Shown: positions 8,480 through 18,938 of the stretch, piece by piece
How the letters are laid out: each line of letters opens with the position of its first letter
Position numbering within the stretch: position 1 is the stretch's first letter
Position numbers and translations under genes: made by a program
Source of the DNA: Candidatus Woesearchaeota archaeon
GTDB taxonomy: Archaea > Nanobdellota > Nanobdellia > Woesearchaeales > GCA-2687795
Reading direction: 5' to 3'
Assembly (NCBI GenBank): GCA_030753365.1
Contig: JASMCJ010000061.1
Coordinates: forward strand, 1-41,116
Length of the DNA: 41,116 nucleotides
The notes under the pieces: generated by a model
Seen by the model: the letters and a program-made list of their open reading frames with translations, nothing else
Databases searched by the model: none
What the model was told of the DNA's origin: nothing

Positions 8480-10498
8480 TTATATCTTAGACACAAACCC
8501 TCTTCTTGGCTCAAAAATATCCCCGCTCCTTCTAAGCTTCTCAATAACCTCTTCCACCTTCTCCTCTTTAATGTTCTTCTCTTTTGCCATAGCAGTAATA
8601 TCTTCTATAGGGATAGTCTTCCCAATTGTGCTTTCAAGCTCATTTATAATCTCCTTAACAACAATAATAGCATTCCTTTGTGATGCAGGAATCCCTGTAG
8701 TAATCCTGTCAATATCAATCTTACCAGTCTCCTTATCAAAGCCAACCTGCATCAAACAATACTCAAGCAGTTCAACAGCTCTCAAAGCATCATTCTTAGT
8801 AACTCTATTAGACAATCTCACCTTTGCAGAAGCCTCTGAAAGTCTCACCAAAGCTTCCAACTGCCTTGGTGAAATAGGAATAGTCTTAATATTTCCTTCT
8901 GAACCGCCGCTTGCTCTCATCTTAAGATAATATCCTCTAATCTCATCCATTGCAGCATTTGTAAGCTTCGGCTTAATCTTTTGTTTTGCATAAGCGATAT
9001 ACTTCTTAAGCAATTTAGTCTTAATCTCAGGCACTATCTTATTTGGCTTCTGATGAAGGCTTAATATATGGGAAGCCATCAGTTCATCCTTCTTTTTATC
9101 AGGCAGATCCTTAACAGGAAAAATCAAGTCAAACCTGTTAATCAAAGCAGGAGGAAGATCTATCTGGTTAGCAATAAGGTCATACGGGTCAAACCTCCCT
9201 AACTTTGGATTAGCCGCTGCCAAAACAGTAGTCCTTGCAAGCAAAGTTGCCTGAATATTAGCCTTGTTAATACTAATAGTCTGCTGCTCAAGCGCTTCAT
9301 GCATAGCGCTCCTATCCTCTTTAGTCATCTTATCCATCTCATCAATACAGCAAATCCCATTAGATGCCAACACCAAAGCCCCGGCTTCAAGGCTCCATCC
9401 CTTAAGAAACTCATCCTTAACGACTGCTGCAGTAAGTCCAGCGCCAGAAACTCCCCTGCCGCTCACATACCTTCCCTTTGGCGCAATAACACCAATTCTC
9501 TTAAGCATTTGACTTTTGCCCGCGCCCGGGTCACCAATAAGCAGAACATGCATATCCCCTCTTGACATTGCCCCATCAGCTCTAGTCTTATGCACTCCTC
9601 CCATCAACTGCAGGAGAAGCGCTTCCTTAATCTTTTCATGCCCATAAATAGAAGGCGCCAATGAATCCACAATCTTTTTGAACACATTCTTATCCTTTGC
9701 AATATCTTTTATCAATTTCTCTTCCTTCTCTGAAATGTCTAACTCATAAAACGTTTCTTCCGTTGCAGTCAGGCTATTAGCTTCCACAAGCAGGTCAAAC
9801 CTTGTAGACTTGCCTCCAGACTTAAGAATAATAGGCACCTCCTTAGTAATCCCTACAATGTTTATCTTTGAGCCAGGCGAACTCTTAACTTCGCTTATTG
9901 GGCTCACAAGATCTCCTTTAAGAAAAATATTCATCCTTTTCGGCTGCGCACCTCCCATCATATTCTCTGGAGCTTCCTCCAGCACAATCCCTTGGGCATC
10001 TATCAACTCTTTGCTAATCAGCTTAAACTTACCCTTCCTTCCGCATCCGCACCTTGAAGGCTCTTTAAACTGTGTATCCAGTTGCAAAATTGCCAAAATA
10101 TTGCCGCATGACGGGCACTCAAATCTTGCAGACGTAACCTGCGGCCTCACATCACTCTTCTGCCTAACAACTCCCTCTATAACTATCATCTTTTCTATAT
10201 GCTTACTTCTAATGTCTTTAATCATAACCTTCTGTGATTCTGGAAGATTCTCCAGCCTAATATTAAAATCCTTAGCTTCAGTAGGCAGGTCAAACTGCTG
10301 CACAGCAAGATCCGCAGACTTAATAACCTCCTCCGGCTGCTCCAGCAGCATATCTGCAAGTTCATGGTCAAACTTAGAAAGCTCAGTAAAATCAATAAGC
10401 ATAGATTTAGCGCCCATCCTAACACTCTCTAATAGGCCAGCCTGATAGACCTCTTCAAAGAATTGATGAAACTTCTTAATCTGCTCTGCTGCTTCCAT
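8480..10498 (-). CDS. mcm: minichromosome maintenance (MCM) replicative helicase
   Basis: Zn motif CPSCG...CGCG, Walker A GDPGAGKSQ, Walker B CCIDEMDKM, arginine-finger region and a C-terminal wH. The start is taken at MEAAEQIKKF (10498); the track ORF extends to 10576. Confidence 0.95.
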   Translation of the reverse strand: MEAAEQIKKFHQFFEEVYQAGLLESVRMGAKSMLIDFTELSKFDHELADMLLEQPEEVIKSADLAVQQFDLPTEAKDFNIRLENLPESQKVMIKDIRSKHIEKMIVIEGVVRQKSDVRPQVTSARFECPSCGNILAILQLDTQFKEPSRCGCGRKGKFKLISKELIDAQGIVLEEAPENMMGGAQPKRMNIFLKGDLVSPISEVKSSPGSKINIVGITKEVPIILKSGGKSTRFDLLVEANSLTATEETFYELDISEKEEKLIKDIAKDKNVFKKIVDSLAPSIYGHEKIKEALLLQLMGGVHKTRADGAMSRGDMHVLLIGDPGAGKSQMLKRIGVIAPKGRYVSGRGVSGAGLTAAVVKDEFLKGWSLEAGALVLASNGICCIDEMDKMTKEDRSAMHEALEQQTISINKANIQATLLARTTVLAAANPKLGRFDPYDLIANQIDLPPALINRFDLIFPVKDLPDKKKDELMASHILSLHQKPNKIVPEIKTKLLKKYIAYAKQKIKPKLTNAAMDEIRGYYLKMRASGGSEGNIKTIPISPRQLEALVRLSEASAKVRLSNRVTKNDALRAVELLEYCLMQVGFDKETGKIDIDRITTGIPASQRNAIIVVKEIINELESTIGKTIPIEDITAMAKEKNIKEEKVEEVIEKLRRSGDIFEPRRGFVSKI

Positions 10499-10603
10499 TT
10501 TACCCCCAAAACTTGAAAGTAGAACTTCTTTATATTCTTTTATCTTTTCTGGAGTATAGTAAATGAGTAGAAACAAAAAATAAGAAATAAAAAAGGCTTA
10601 AAT

Positions 10604-11218
10604 CTAAGCCTTAACCTTCTTAAGATTCTCAATCAACTGGTCAAGCGCCTCATGCACTTCTTCTTCGCTCTTAGTTCCAGTGCAAACAACCTTTCCATTG
10701 CTAAACAACAAGAAAGTAGCCTTTGCCTTTGGTAATTTATAAACCAATCCTGGAAACTGTTCAGGCTCATACTCTGTGTTATCCAGCTTCATAGTCAATG
10801 TATTAAGATTAAGGTCCATGCCAATTGATCCGCTTGCTACAATATTCTGAATCTTTATCTTAGGCTCAACAGTAATCTTAATATTAATCTTCTCAAGGCT
10901 CTTTATAATCTTCTTAATAGATTCATGAACCTTCTCCAATGACCTTGCTCCTGTGCAAACAACCTTTCCAGAGCTGAAAATCAATGCAGATGTCTTAGGT
11001 TCTTTAATTCTTATAACCAATCCAGGAAACTGTTCAGGATTATACTCAGTATTAGAAAGCGTGGCAGCCATCTTTTCCAATGGTATATCATGCTCTAATG
11101 ACGTTGAAACGACTATATTTACTACTTTTATTTCAACTACTGCTGGTTTAGCTTCCTTCTTTGGAGCTTTTTTAGCTTTAGTAATCTTTGCTTTTTTAGG
11201 CATTTTATAGACCCCCAA
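10604..11218 (-). CDS. tbp: TATA-box binding protein with Lys-rich N-terminal tail
   Basis: Two direct TBP repeats (NIVVS...EQFPGLVIR...SGKVVCTG and NIVAS...EQFPGLVYK..NGKVVCTG). Confidence 0.92.
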   Translation of the reverse strand: MGVYKMPKKAKITKAKKAPKKEAKPAVVEIKVVNIVVSTSLEHDIPLEKMAATLSNTEYNPEQFPGLVIRIKEPKTSALIFSSGKVVCTGARSLEKVHESIKKIIKSLEKINIKITVEPKIKIQNIVASGSIGMDLNLNTLTMKLDNTEYEPEQFPGLVYKLPKAKATFLLFSNGKVVCTGTKSEEEVHEALDQLIENLKKVKA

Positions 11219-11364
11219 ATAGTTAATTTTTCTTAAACTAACTCCCCCAAAATATACACTCTATTTATATACTAAATACATAACCCTTTATAAATGCTCT
11301 TATTTTTAACCCCTTAAATAGCTCTTTTTTCTGACATATAAACCTTTTAACTAGAAATCAACAT

Positions 11365-12648
11365 TTACTTACCATTATTTTTCTTCTTTCTCCATCTCCT
11401 ATATACAAACAAGCCTATTCCTACTATAATAACCACAATAATAATTCCTGTCTTTTGGCTACTCTTCTTAAATCCAAACTTCTTTGCCTCAGCTTTAGAA
11501 TAAAGGTTAAGGTTAAGGCTAATATCCTCATCATATTCATTATTATTAGCATCCCTATACTCTATCGAAAGCGGCAGCTGCACAACCATATTTGATGTTT
11601 GTATATAAAGCTTAAAATCAGTAGTCTCATAATCATCAGAATCTATATTTCCAATATAAACATCATCATTGGAAAGAATCTTATAATCATTGCTCTCTTT
11701 CAGCTTAACATTAAGGAACTTAAGATCTGTCACTCCCTTATTAACAAACTTTACCACAACATCTCCCATATCTCCAGTAGTATACACTTCAGAACTGTCC
11801 AGCACAAGAGAAAGCTTAGGCTTTTCACCCACCACTAACCCAATAATATTATTCTTGCTATAATCACTCTCAGATTCATCTTGATATTCTATTAATAAAG
11901 GAAACTTATAAATCTTTGATTCTGCATCAGATTCAGCAGTAAGGCTAAACTTCAATATTGATTGTTTGCCTGAATCAAGCATAATTATCTCTTTCTCATT
12001 AGTAGACCCAATCGGCACAAAAGGTACATTACTAAGATCCAGCTTAACCTTAATATCCTTAAGAAGAGAATCTGCCATATTCTTTATCTTAATCTGCACT
12101 TCCGCATCTTTCCCTGGAACTATCTGGCTTGGCACTGATTTAACAGACACCACACTTAAAATCGCATCATGACTCTTAATCCTTATATTAAAAGGCTCCA
12201 CCTTTATCCATGTATTACCTTTATCATTGCTATACCTCAGCATAATCGCATTTTCCCCTTCCACAGCATTCTTATCAATTCTTAATTTATAATAAACCAT
12301 CATACCTTCATCGCCCATCTGGTTGCCCCAGACAGTGCCAATCTTCCTTATAGCAGAATCTCCTGACTCAAGCGAGAAAGGATAAACAGGAATCAATTCA
12401 ACCCTTAAATCTTTCACTGCAGTGCCCCCAAAATTCTCAATTTTCCATCTGACTTCCACATACTTGCCCGGCTCTGCAGGATCAGGGTTCTGGTTCACAA
12501 TCACATTATTCACATTATACTGGTTAGTATTAGAAGCATTAGAAAACCTTAATCTTGCTTGGTCAATAGCTCCATCATTAACCACTGCAATAACATTTAG
12601 AGAAACCGCTACAAAAAACACTATCCAAATCAAAACACTCTTTTTCAT
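11365..12648 (-). CDS. secreted CARDB/S-layer-domain-like surface protein with C-terminal TM anchor
   Basis: N-terminal signal/TM segment, repeated beta-rich modules, and a C-terminal hydrophobic anchor followed by RRWRKKK. Confidence 0.6.
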   Translation of the reverse strand: MKKSVLIWIVFFVAVSLNVIAVVNDGAIDQARLRFSNASNTNQYNVNNVIVNQNPDPAEPGKYVEVRWKIENFGGTAVKDLRVELIPVYPFSLESGDSAIRKIGTVWGNQMGDEGMMVYYKLRIDKNAVEGENAIMLRYSNDKGNTWIKVEPFNIRIKSHDAILSVVSVKSVPSQIVPGKDAEVQIKIKNMADSLLKDIKVKLDLSNVPFVPIGSTNEKEIIMLDSGKQSILKFSLTAESDAESKIYKFPLLIEYQDESESDYSKNNIIGLVVGEKPKLSLVLDSSEVYTTGDMGDVVVKFVNKGVTDLKFLNVKLKESNDYKILSNDDVYIGNIDSDDYETTDFKLYIQTSNMVVQLPLSIEYRDANNNEYDEDISLNLNLYSKAEAKKFGFKKSSQKTGIIIVVIIVGIGLFVYRRWRKKKNNGK

Positions 12649-12860
12649 ATTGTAAATTAAAAGTAATTACTTATATATAAGAGTTTTGAAATATTTTATT
12701 CCACTCGTCTATGACTTGTAGTTTAGAACGGAATAAAATGTGCTCAAAAACCACCTTATTTATATCGCCTATTGTATAATCATACCACTTTTCTTTGAGA
12801 GTGGTTTTTGACAAAGCAGAATGGATAAAATTAAATATTACCCCTTCCCCATTTTAAAAT

Positions 12861-13085
12861 ATGTCAGGTCCAGGCGAAGGAAAACTTGAAATCAAAGGTG
12901 TAAAAGCTTATATCCATGTAAAAGGCAAAAGCGGAGCAAGGGTTACGCATGTTGATATAGAGGGGAATATATCTAATATTATCAAAGAAGGAGAAATAAC
13001 CTTTGTCAAAGGTAAAAATGGCGGTGTATTTATTGCTCTTAAGAAGCCAATGATCAACCGTGCAGAGAGAATGGTCAAAGAATAA
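12861..13085 (+). CDS. hypothetical small protein (74 aa)
   Basis: ORF only. No motif recognised. Confidence 0.35.
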   Translation: MSGPGEGKLEIKGVKAYIHVKGKSGARVTHVDIEGNISNIIKEGEITFVKGKNGGVFIALKKPMINRAERMVKE

Positions 13086-13224
13086 TTATAATTATTTATT
13101 TTTTGATATTCTTTTACTTAAAATCACATAGCAAATGTTAGTTATTCAAATTATAATTTTAGTTTGTGAAACTTAAAACTATTTAGGAACAATTTACTAA
13201 AAATAAAAAGAATAGTGATTTTAA

Positions 13225-14520
13225 ATGAATAATCAAAAAATAATGATTGAATTAATTAAGAAAGATCCTTTGAAATACCTCCCTAAATCATTTTTAGGTT
13301 CTAAGAGAGTAAATATCGCCAAGAAGACAATAAGAGAGGAGTTAAATATTCTAAAAGAATATTCTGAAAATAAGATTAGTTATTCCAAATTAGCGGAGAA
13401 ATATAATTTTTCTCAAAAAATGGTTTTTAGAATAATGAAAAGATGGGGTAAAACTTATCCGCCTAATCTTGATAAAGTTTTTAGATGTAATAATAAATCA
13501 ACTCAAAGCATCTTACAGGATTTAAAAATCTGTAAGTTTTATCTCAGTGGGAATTCAATCTATAAAACAGCTAAAGAATTTAATCTTTCTCCGAAAGGAG
13601 TTCAGGGAATCATTGAAAGATATGGTTCTAGATTAAGAAATTCTTATAGAGCCGCAATATTACTTCATAAAACAAAACAATTGAATTTTCCTTTAACTCC
13701 TTATGTTCAGGAATTGGTTGAAAAGAACCTTAAAAAATATTCTCCAAAGTTTATTGCTGTCTTGACTTTAACAGATGGTTGCTGTTATCCTGCTGGGAAA
13801 TCAGCTTTAAAAGTAAGAAGACCCAAATTATCTTATTGTGGAGACAAAATTCTATGTAAAATTTATGCAGATTTGGTTTATGAACATTACAATATCATTC
13901 CTTCAACTTTTACTCAAAGAAAAGATGGAACTTTTCTTGTTTTGTATGAAAGAAAAGATATAAAAAGAATCATTAGAGATTTACTTTCACTAACACCTAA
14001 CTTTAAAACATCTTTAGCTCATGGAGAAAAGATTAGGGATTATCTTAAAACAGACCAGCCAACATTAAGATTTTTATTAAATGATAATAAAAAAGTTCTA
14101 TTAGAAGCATTTAGATTAGGAATGTCAGCGGAGGGATCTTGTAGCATTTGTTTTAATGGTAAATATTTAAGATTTAGTTTGGATTTTTCTTGTGCTCACC
14201 CAATACTTCTAGAACAATGGAGGGAAGTTGCTTATAAAATAGGTATTAACTTTAACTTGAAAGGTTTAAGTGGCTGGTTTAATTATAGTGGCTTATCTAG
14301 TGGCAATATAGAGGCTTTAAAGACATTTATGGAAACTGGAGGATTTATTGATAATGTTAAGATTACAAGACAAAGTAAATATTATAATGGATTAGAAAAG
14401 AATAAATTAATATATAATGTTTTAAGATGGAATAAAGAGAATAGAAGAATTAATTCAGAATTGTCTAATGGTGAGAAGCATAAAACATTTTATGATTTCA
14501 TAGAAGAATCGGAATATTAA
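13225..14520 (+). CDS. free-standing double-motif LAGLIDADG endonuclease-like protein with N-terminal tandem HTH modules
   Basis: Two HTH-like units (YSKLAEKYNFSQKMVFRIMKRWG and IYKTAKEFNLSPKGVQGIIERYG). Two LAGLIDADG-like motifs (AVLTLTDGCC and FRLGMSAEGS) retain the acidic residue. Confidence 0.65.
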   Translation: MNNQKIMIELIKKDPLKYLPKSFLGSKRVNIAKKTIREELNILKEYSENKISYSKLAEKYNFSQKMVFRIMKRWGKTYPPNLDKVFRCNNKSTQSILQDLKICKFYLSGNSIYKTAKEFNLSPKGVQGIIERYGSRLRNSYRAAILLHKTKQLNFPLTPYVQELVEKNLKKYSPKFIAVLTLTDGCCYPAGKSALKVRRPKLSYCGDKILCKIYADLVYEHYNIIPSTFTQRKDGTFLVLYERKDIKRIIRDLLSLTPNFKTSLAHGEKIRDYLKTDQPTLRFLLNDNKKVLLEAFRLGMSAEGSCSICFNGKYLRFSLDFSCAHPILLEQWREVAYKIGINFNLKGLSGWFNYSGLSSGNIEALKTFMETGGFIDNVKITRQSKYYNGLEKNKLIYNVLRWNKENRRINSELSNGEKHKTFYDFIEESEY

Positions 14521-14616
14521 AACCCAAAGAAGCAACCTACTGCGCAGGCAAGCCAGGCGGCTGCTTTATTGGATTAAAGAAACAAATGATAAAAAGAGCA
14601 GAAAAATTTATTTAAA

Positions 14617-15303
14617 ATGAAAGACAAAGACACCATCATCAAACTTGAAAACGTCTGGAAAATCTATCAAATGGGCAACGTAAAAGTAAATGCATTAAGA
14701 GGCATAAACTTCCATGTAAAAAGAGGAGAATTTGTTGCAATCCAGGGCCCCAGCGGATCCGGCAAAAGTACAGCTGTCAACATGGTAGGCTGCCTTGACA
14801 TTCCCACAAAAGGAGAAATCTTCTTAGACCAGGAAAACATAGCCCATCTGTCAGAATCAGACCTTGCCCAAATAAGAGGCAGGGAAATTGGCTTCATCTT
14901 CCAGACCTTCAACCTTATACCCACACTCTCAGCAATAGAAAACGTAATGCTGCCTATGGTCTTTCAGGAAACAGTCAAAGAAAAAAGATTAGAAAGAGCC
15001 AACTATCTCCTTGGCCTTATGGAACTTGGAGACAGAAAAAATCATAAGCCCACAGAGCTAAGCGGCGGCCAGCAGCAAAGAGTAGCAATCGCAAGAGCCC
15101 TTGCCAATGACCCTGCAGTTATACTAGCTGATGAGCCAACAGGCAACCTTGACTCAAAAACAGGAAGAACAGTCATGAACTTTTTAAACAAGCTCCACAA
15201 AGAAGAAAACAAAACCATAATCATGGTAACCCATGATGATAAGCTTGCAAAAGAAGCTGACAGGGTTGCTTTCTTAAAAGATGGTCATATAATAAAAACT
15301 TAA
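14617..15303 (+). CDS. ABC transporter ATP-binding protein (MacB/LolD/FtsE-like)
   Basis: Walker [10 protein letters not shown], signature [15 protein letters not shown], Walker [12 protein letters not shown]. Confidence 0.9.
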   Translation: MKDKDTIIKLENVWKIYQMGNVKVNALRGINFHVKRGEFVAIQGPSGSGKSTAVNMVGCLDIPTKGEIFLDQENIAHLSESDLAQIRGREIGFIFQTFNLIPTLSAIENVMLPMVFQETVKEKRLERANYLLGLMELGDRKNHKPTELSGGQQQRVAIARALANDPAVILADEPTGNLDSKTGRTVMNFLNKLHKEENKTIIMVTHDDKLAKEADRVAFLKDGHIIKT

Positions 15304-15311
15304 AAATAATT

Positions 15312-16577
15312 TCAGTCAACAAACTCAATTCCAAGCTCATTCTCAATCTCTTTCTGTCTCTTATCTCCCATGCCCTTCCCTGGCCCGAATATCTGCGTTG
15401 ACTTAACCCCTGTAACAATCAGCATAGTTCTGATAGTCTTATCCATATCCTCAGAAATCTGCGCTCCCCAAATAATCCTTGCATCCTCATTAAGCTTCTC
15501 AGAAACCGTTTCCACAACTTTCCTTGCCTCATCAAGCGTCATATCAGAGCCTCCGCACACATTAATCAAAGCTCCATTAGCATTAGAAATATCAACATCC
15601 AGTAAAGGATTTGCAATAGCCTTCTCAACAGCTTCAACAGCCCTGTTATCAGTATCAGACTCACCAACACCAATCAATGCAACCCCTCCTTTGCTCATCA
15701 CAGTCTTAATATCCGCAAAATCAAGGTTAACCAATCCTGCTTTAGTAACAAGCTCAGCAATCCCTTTAACAGCATTCGTCAAGATCTCATCAGCAACTCT
15801 AAAAGCAGTATGAAGCGGTAAATCCGGAGCAAGCTCCAGCAATTTATCATTAGGAATAACAATCAATGTATCAACAGTATTCTCCATCTTCTCAAGGCCA
15901 ATCATAGCATTCTCATACCTTCTATTGCCTTCCATAACAAAAGGTATAGTAACAATCCCCACAGTCAACGCGCCAATCTTCTTTGCCACATCAGCAATCA
16001 CTGGAGCAGACCCAGTACCAGTTCCTCCTCCAAGCCCACAGGTAATAAAAACCATATCAGCATTCTGTAATGAAGCCTTAATCTCATGTTCACTCTCCCT
16101 TGCAGCCTCTTCACCAACCTTTGGGTCAGAGCCAGCACCCAATCCCTGAGTAAGCTCTCTTCCAATCAAAATCTTTTTAGAAGCATTAGTATAAAGCAAA
16201 TCCTGCGCATCCGTGTTCACAGCAATAGTCTCAGCGCCTGTTATCCCAACCTCACTAATCCTATTAATAGTATTATTCCCCCCTCCACCAGAACCTACAA
16301 CCTTAATTGCAGCCTTTTGTTTGGCTAAAAGCATCTCAAGCTCAGCATCAATATCATTTGGATTTCTCTCAGACTTTTCAGGCTCTGTGAAAGGAACATT
16401 AGATTCAGGAACAACTATCTTTGGCTCTTCTGGAGGAGCAGACTCAGAATTATCTTCTGCTGGCCTAACCTCTTCTCTCTGCTCTTCAGGATACCTTTGA
16501 TTAGTCTCCTGATTATCATCTTGAACATTATTATTTTCTTCCGAATTATGTGCTGGTATCTCTACAAAATCATCCAC
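15312..16577 (-). CDS. ftsZ: cell division protein FtsZ with acidic N-terminal extension
   Basis: [11 protein letters not shown] tubulin signature and NTDAQDL. Confidence 0.95.
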   Translation of the reverse strand: MDDFVEIPAHNSEENNNVQDDNQETNQRYPEEQREEVRPAEDNSESAPPEEPKIVVPESNVPFTEPEKSERNPNDIDAELEMLLAKQKAAIKVVGSGGGGNNTINRISEVGITGAETIAVNTDAQDLLYTNASKKILIGRELTQGLGAGSDPKVGEEAARESEHEIKASLQNADMVFITCGLGGGTGTGSAPVIADVAKKIGALTVGIVTIPFVMEGNRRYENAMIGLEKMENTVDTLIVIPNDKLLELAPDLPLHTAFRVADEILTNAVKGIAELVTKAGLVNLDFADIKTVMSKGGVALIGVGESDTDNRAVEAVEKAIANPLLDVDISNANGALINVCGGSDMTLDEARKVVETVSEKLNEDARIIWGAQISEDMDKTIRTMLIVTGVKSTQIFGPGKGMGDKRQKEIENELGIEFVD

Positions 16578-16668
16578 TTTTACCCACCTCTACCTTTCAT
16601 TTGAAAGTAGCACTCATATTTAAATATATGTTTACACAAAAATCTATATTAGAGTAAGGAAATTAAGC

Positions 16669-17562
16669 CTACAGCCTGACACATGTCTCTTCAAGCTTCT
16701 TCAGTTTCTCATAATTCTTATCCAAATGTAACTGAACCTCATTAACTTCTTCACCTGTCATATGCTTAAACCTTCCTTGTGTCTTTAGATGTTCTATAAC
16801 AGGAACAAAAGAAGAAGGCTCTTTAGTAAACTTCAACACACCATTCTCTATCTCATACAAAGGTGTAACCTTGCTCTTAAAAGCAACCTTCGCAACCTCA
16901 ACAGTCTGACTGGGAGAAATCTTCCATCCAGGCGGGCATGGGCAGTACACCTCTATATAAGCCGGCCCTTTTTTAGCCAGGCCTTTCTTAACCTTATCAA
17001 TATAATCCTGCACAAAAGCAATATTAGCTGTAGCCACATAAACACCCTCATTATGCGCAGCAACAATCAAAGGCATATGCTTCTTCCATTCCATTTTGCC
17101 ATGCACAACCTTCCCTGCAGGAGACGTAGTAGTAGATGCATACTTAGGCGTTGCCCCGCTCCTTTGAATGCCAGTATTCATATAAGCATTATTCTCATAA
17201 CAAATATAACAAAAATTCTGCTGCCTCTCAATAGCAGCGCTCAAAGCCTGAAACCCAATATCAAACGTGCTTCCATCCCCTCCAATAACCAGCAAATTAA
17301 CATTCTCTCTCTTCCCCTGCCTCTTCAATGCCCTGTCAATCCCTGAGCCAACTGCAGCAGCATTCTCAAAAGCCGCATGAATCCATGGAACCCTCCATGC
17401 AGTCTCAGGATAAGGACTGCTCACAACCTCCATGCACCCAGTCGCATGGCTAATAATAGTATTCTTTCCCGCAGCCTTCAATGCATGTCTCATTGCCAGC
17501 GCAGAGCCGCACCCAGCGCATGCCCTATGCCCCTTTGCAAACAATTCTTCTTCAGGTATCAT
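16669..17562 (-). CDS. porB: pyruvate/2-oxoacid:ferredoxin oxidoreductase beta subunit (TPP-binding)
   Basis: N-terminal CAGCG cysteine motif and GDGSTFDIG TPP-binding motif. Confidence 0.9.
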   Translation of the reverse strand: MIPEEELFAKGHRACAGCGSALAMRHALKAAGKNTIISHATGCMEVVSSPYPETAWRVPWIHAAFENAAAVGSGIDRALKRQGKRENVNLLVIGGDGSTFDIGFQALSAAIERQQNFCYICYENNAYMNTGIQRSGATPKYASTTTSPAGKVVHGKMEWKKHMPLIVAAHNEGVYVATANIAFVQDYIDKVKKGLAKKGPAYIEVYCPCPPGWKISPSQTVEVAKVAFKSKVTPLYEIENGVLKFTKEPSSFVPVIEHLKTQGRFKHMTGEEVNEVQLHLDKNYEKLKKLEETCVRL

Positions 17563-17565
17563 TTT

Positions 17566-17871
17566 TTACTTACCAAACGTATCTACTCTTTCACAAACCT
17601 TAATCTTATCTTCAAGCGAATGAACCTTTCCATCCTTCTTCTTCCCATTAAACTCCTTCTTCCATGCATGAGTGCCATCCCAGCCGTCATGCCCTGAACC
17701 ATGAAAATCAACCTTAACCCTGTTTTCTTTACTACACTTCCTGCACTCAATCACTTTGTAATGATGCAACACTTCAAACGCTGACTTCCATTTCTCTCCT
17801 TTCAGCTCATGATTGCAGTAAATACAGTTGCTCTTCTGATGTTCCTCCTTCAGTAAATGATGCTTTGTCAC
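17566..17871 (-). CDS. small CxxC...CxxC zinc-ribbon/rubredoxin-like, His-rich protein inside the por operon
   Basis: CIYC-x23-CRKC plus FHGSGHDGWDGTH. Tightly packed between porA (23-nt gap) and porB (3-nt gap). Confidence 0.5.
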   Translation of the reverse strand: MTKHHLLKEEHQKSNCIYCNHELKGEKWKSAFEVLHHYKVIECRKCSKENRVKVDFHGSGHDGWDGTHAWKKEFNGKKKDGKVHSLEDKIKVCERVDTFGK

Positions 17872-17894
17872 TTGTAATCACTCATTTAGTTATC

Positions 17895-18938
17895 TCAGTA
17901 AACCCATTCAATATCCTTTTTGCTTCCTATCTTACCAACCACTTCTTCAACATGTTTAACAGTAATATCCCTTCCTCCAAGTCCAATAATAAAATTATTC
18001 ATCTTGATTTTATCAGATAAAACCGCTTTTAAATCAGTAAACAATGCACCATAATTTCCAAACGATATATTCTTATCCAATACAGCCATCCCTTTTAAGC
18101 CTTTTGAAACTTCAACCAGCCTTTTCTTTGGAAACGGCCTATACGTCTTAAGCTTAATCATCCCAACCTTCTTGCCATCCTTCCTCATCTTATCCACAGC
18201 AACTCTCACAGTGCCGCACACAGAACCCATGCACACAACAGCCTGCTTAGCATCATTCATCTTATAACCTTCAAGGATACCATCCCCATAATCCCTTCCA
18301 AACTGCTGCTTAAACTCAGTATTAACCTTCTTTATAACCTGCAACGCACTCTCCATTGCCTTCTGCTGCGCATGCTTAAAATACATAAAAGAATCAGGAA
18401 ATCCAACCGGTCCCATAGTCAAAGGTTTCTCTGGGTCAAGCTTATAAACCGGCTTATACGGTGAAAGGAACCTATCAACACTCTTCTGCTCAGGAATATC
18501 CACTGGCTCATAAACATGCGACAAAGTAAACCCGTCAATGCAAACCATTGCAGGCAGCAGCACATCTTTATTCTCTGCAATCTTATAAGCAATTATCATC
18601 GTATCCAGTGCTTCCTGTGAAGACTCCGCATAAAACTGCATCCAGCCTGAATCTCTTGCAGAAATGCTATCCTGATGATCATTCCAAATATTAATAGGAG
18701 CGCTCAATGATCTATTAGCAATAGACATCACAACCGGCAGCCTCATCCCTGAAACCACAAAAAGAATCTCATGCATTAATGCTAATCCTTGTGATGCAGT
18801 GGCACTAAACGTCCTAACTCCAGTAGCTGAAGCACCCAAAGCAGCAGACAATGCAGAATGCTCTGACTCCATATGAATCATCTCACTATCTAGTATGCCA
18901 TCATTAATAAAACTCGCAAGCTTTTCAACAATGTGAGT
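17895..18938 (-). CDS. porA: pyruvate/2-oxoacid:ferredoxin oxidoreductase alpha subunit, downstream part (exon 2)
   Basis: THIVEKLASF...ESEHSALSAALGASATGVRTFSATASQGLALMHE matches the PorA/KorA N-terminal domain from the conserved IVE onward. The first roughly 32 residues are missing from this frame. Confidence 0.85.
   Translation of the reverse strand, partial: THIVEKLASFINDGILDSEMIHMESEHSALSAALGASATGVRTFSATASQGLALMHEILFVVSGMRLPVVMSIANRSLSAPINIWNDHQDSISARDSGWMQFYAESSQEALDTMIIAYKIAENKDVLLPAMVCIDGFTLSHVYEPVDIPEQKSVDRFLSPYKPVYKLDPEKPLTMGPVGFPDSFMYFKHAQQKAMESALQVIKKVNTEFKQQFGRDYGDGILEGYKMNDAKQAVVCMGSVCGTVRVAVDKMRKDGKKVGMIKLKTYRPFPKKRLVEVSKGLKGMAVLDKNISFGNYGALFTDLKAVLSDKIKMNNFIIGLGGRDITVKHVEEVVGKIGSKKDIEWVY

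Noticed and set aside
8571-10445. Multiple ORFs antisense to mcm. The same applies to ORFs antisense to ftsZ (15370-16500), porB (16789-17697), acs (24061-25859), trmB-family gene and rpoD
   Set aside because: These are shadow ORFs inside well-supported genes on the opposite strand. They are Ser/Leu/Ile-rich and have no motifs.
14529-14568. GC-rich patch considered as a tRNA or rRNA fragment
   Set aside because: No T-loop, no D-loop GG and no acceptor pairing could be found. It is retained only as a note under the LAGLIDADG finding.
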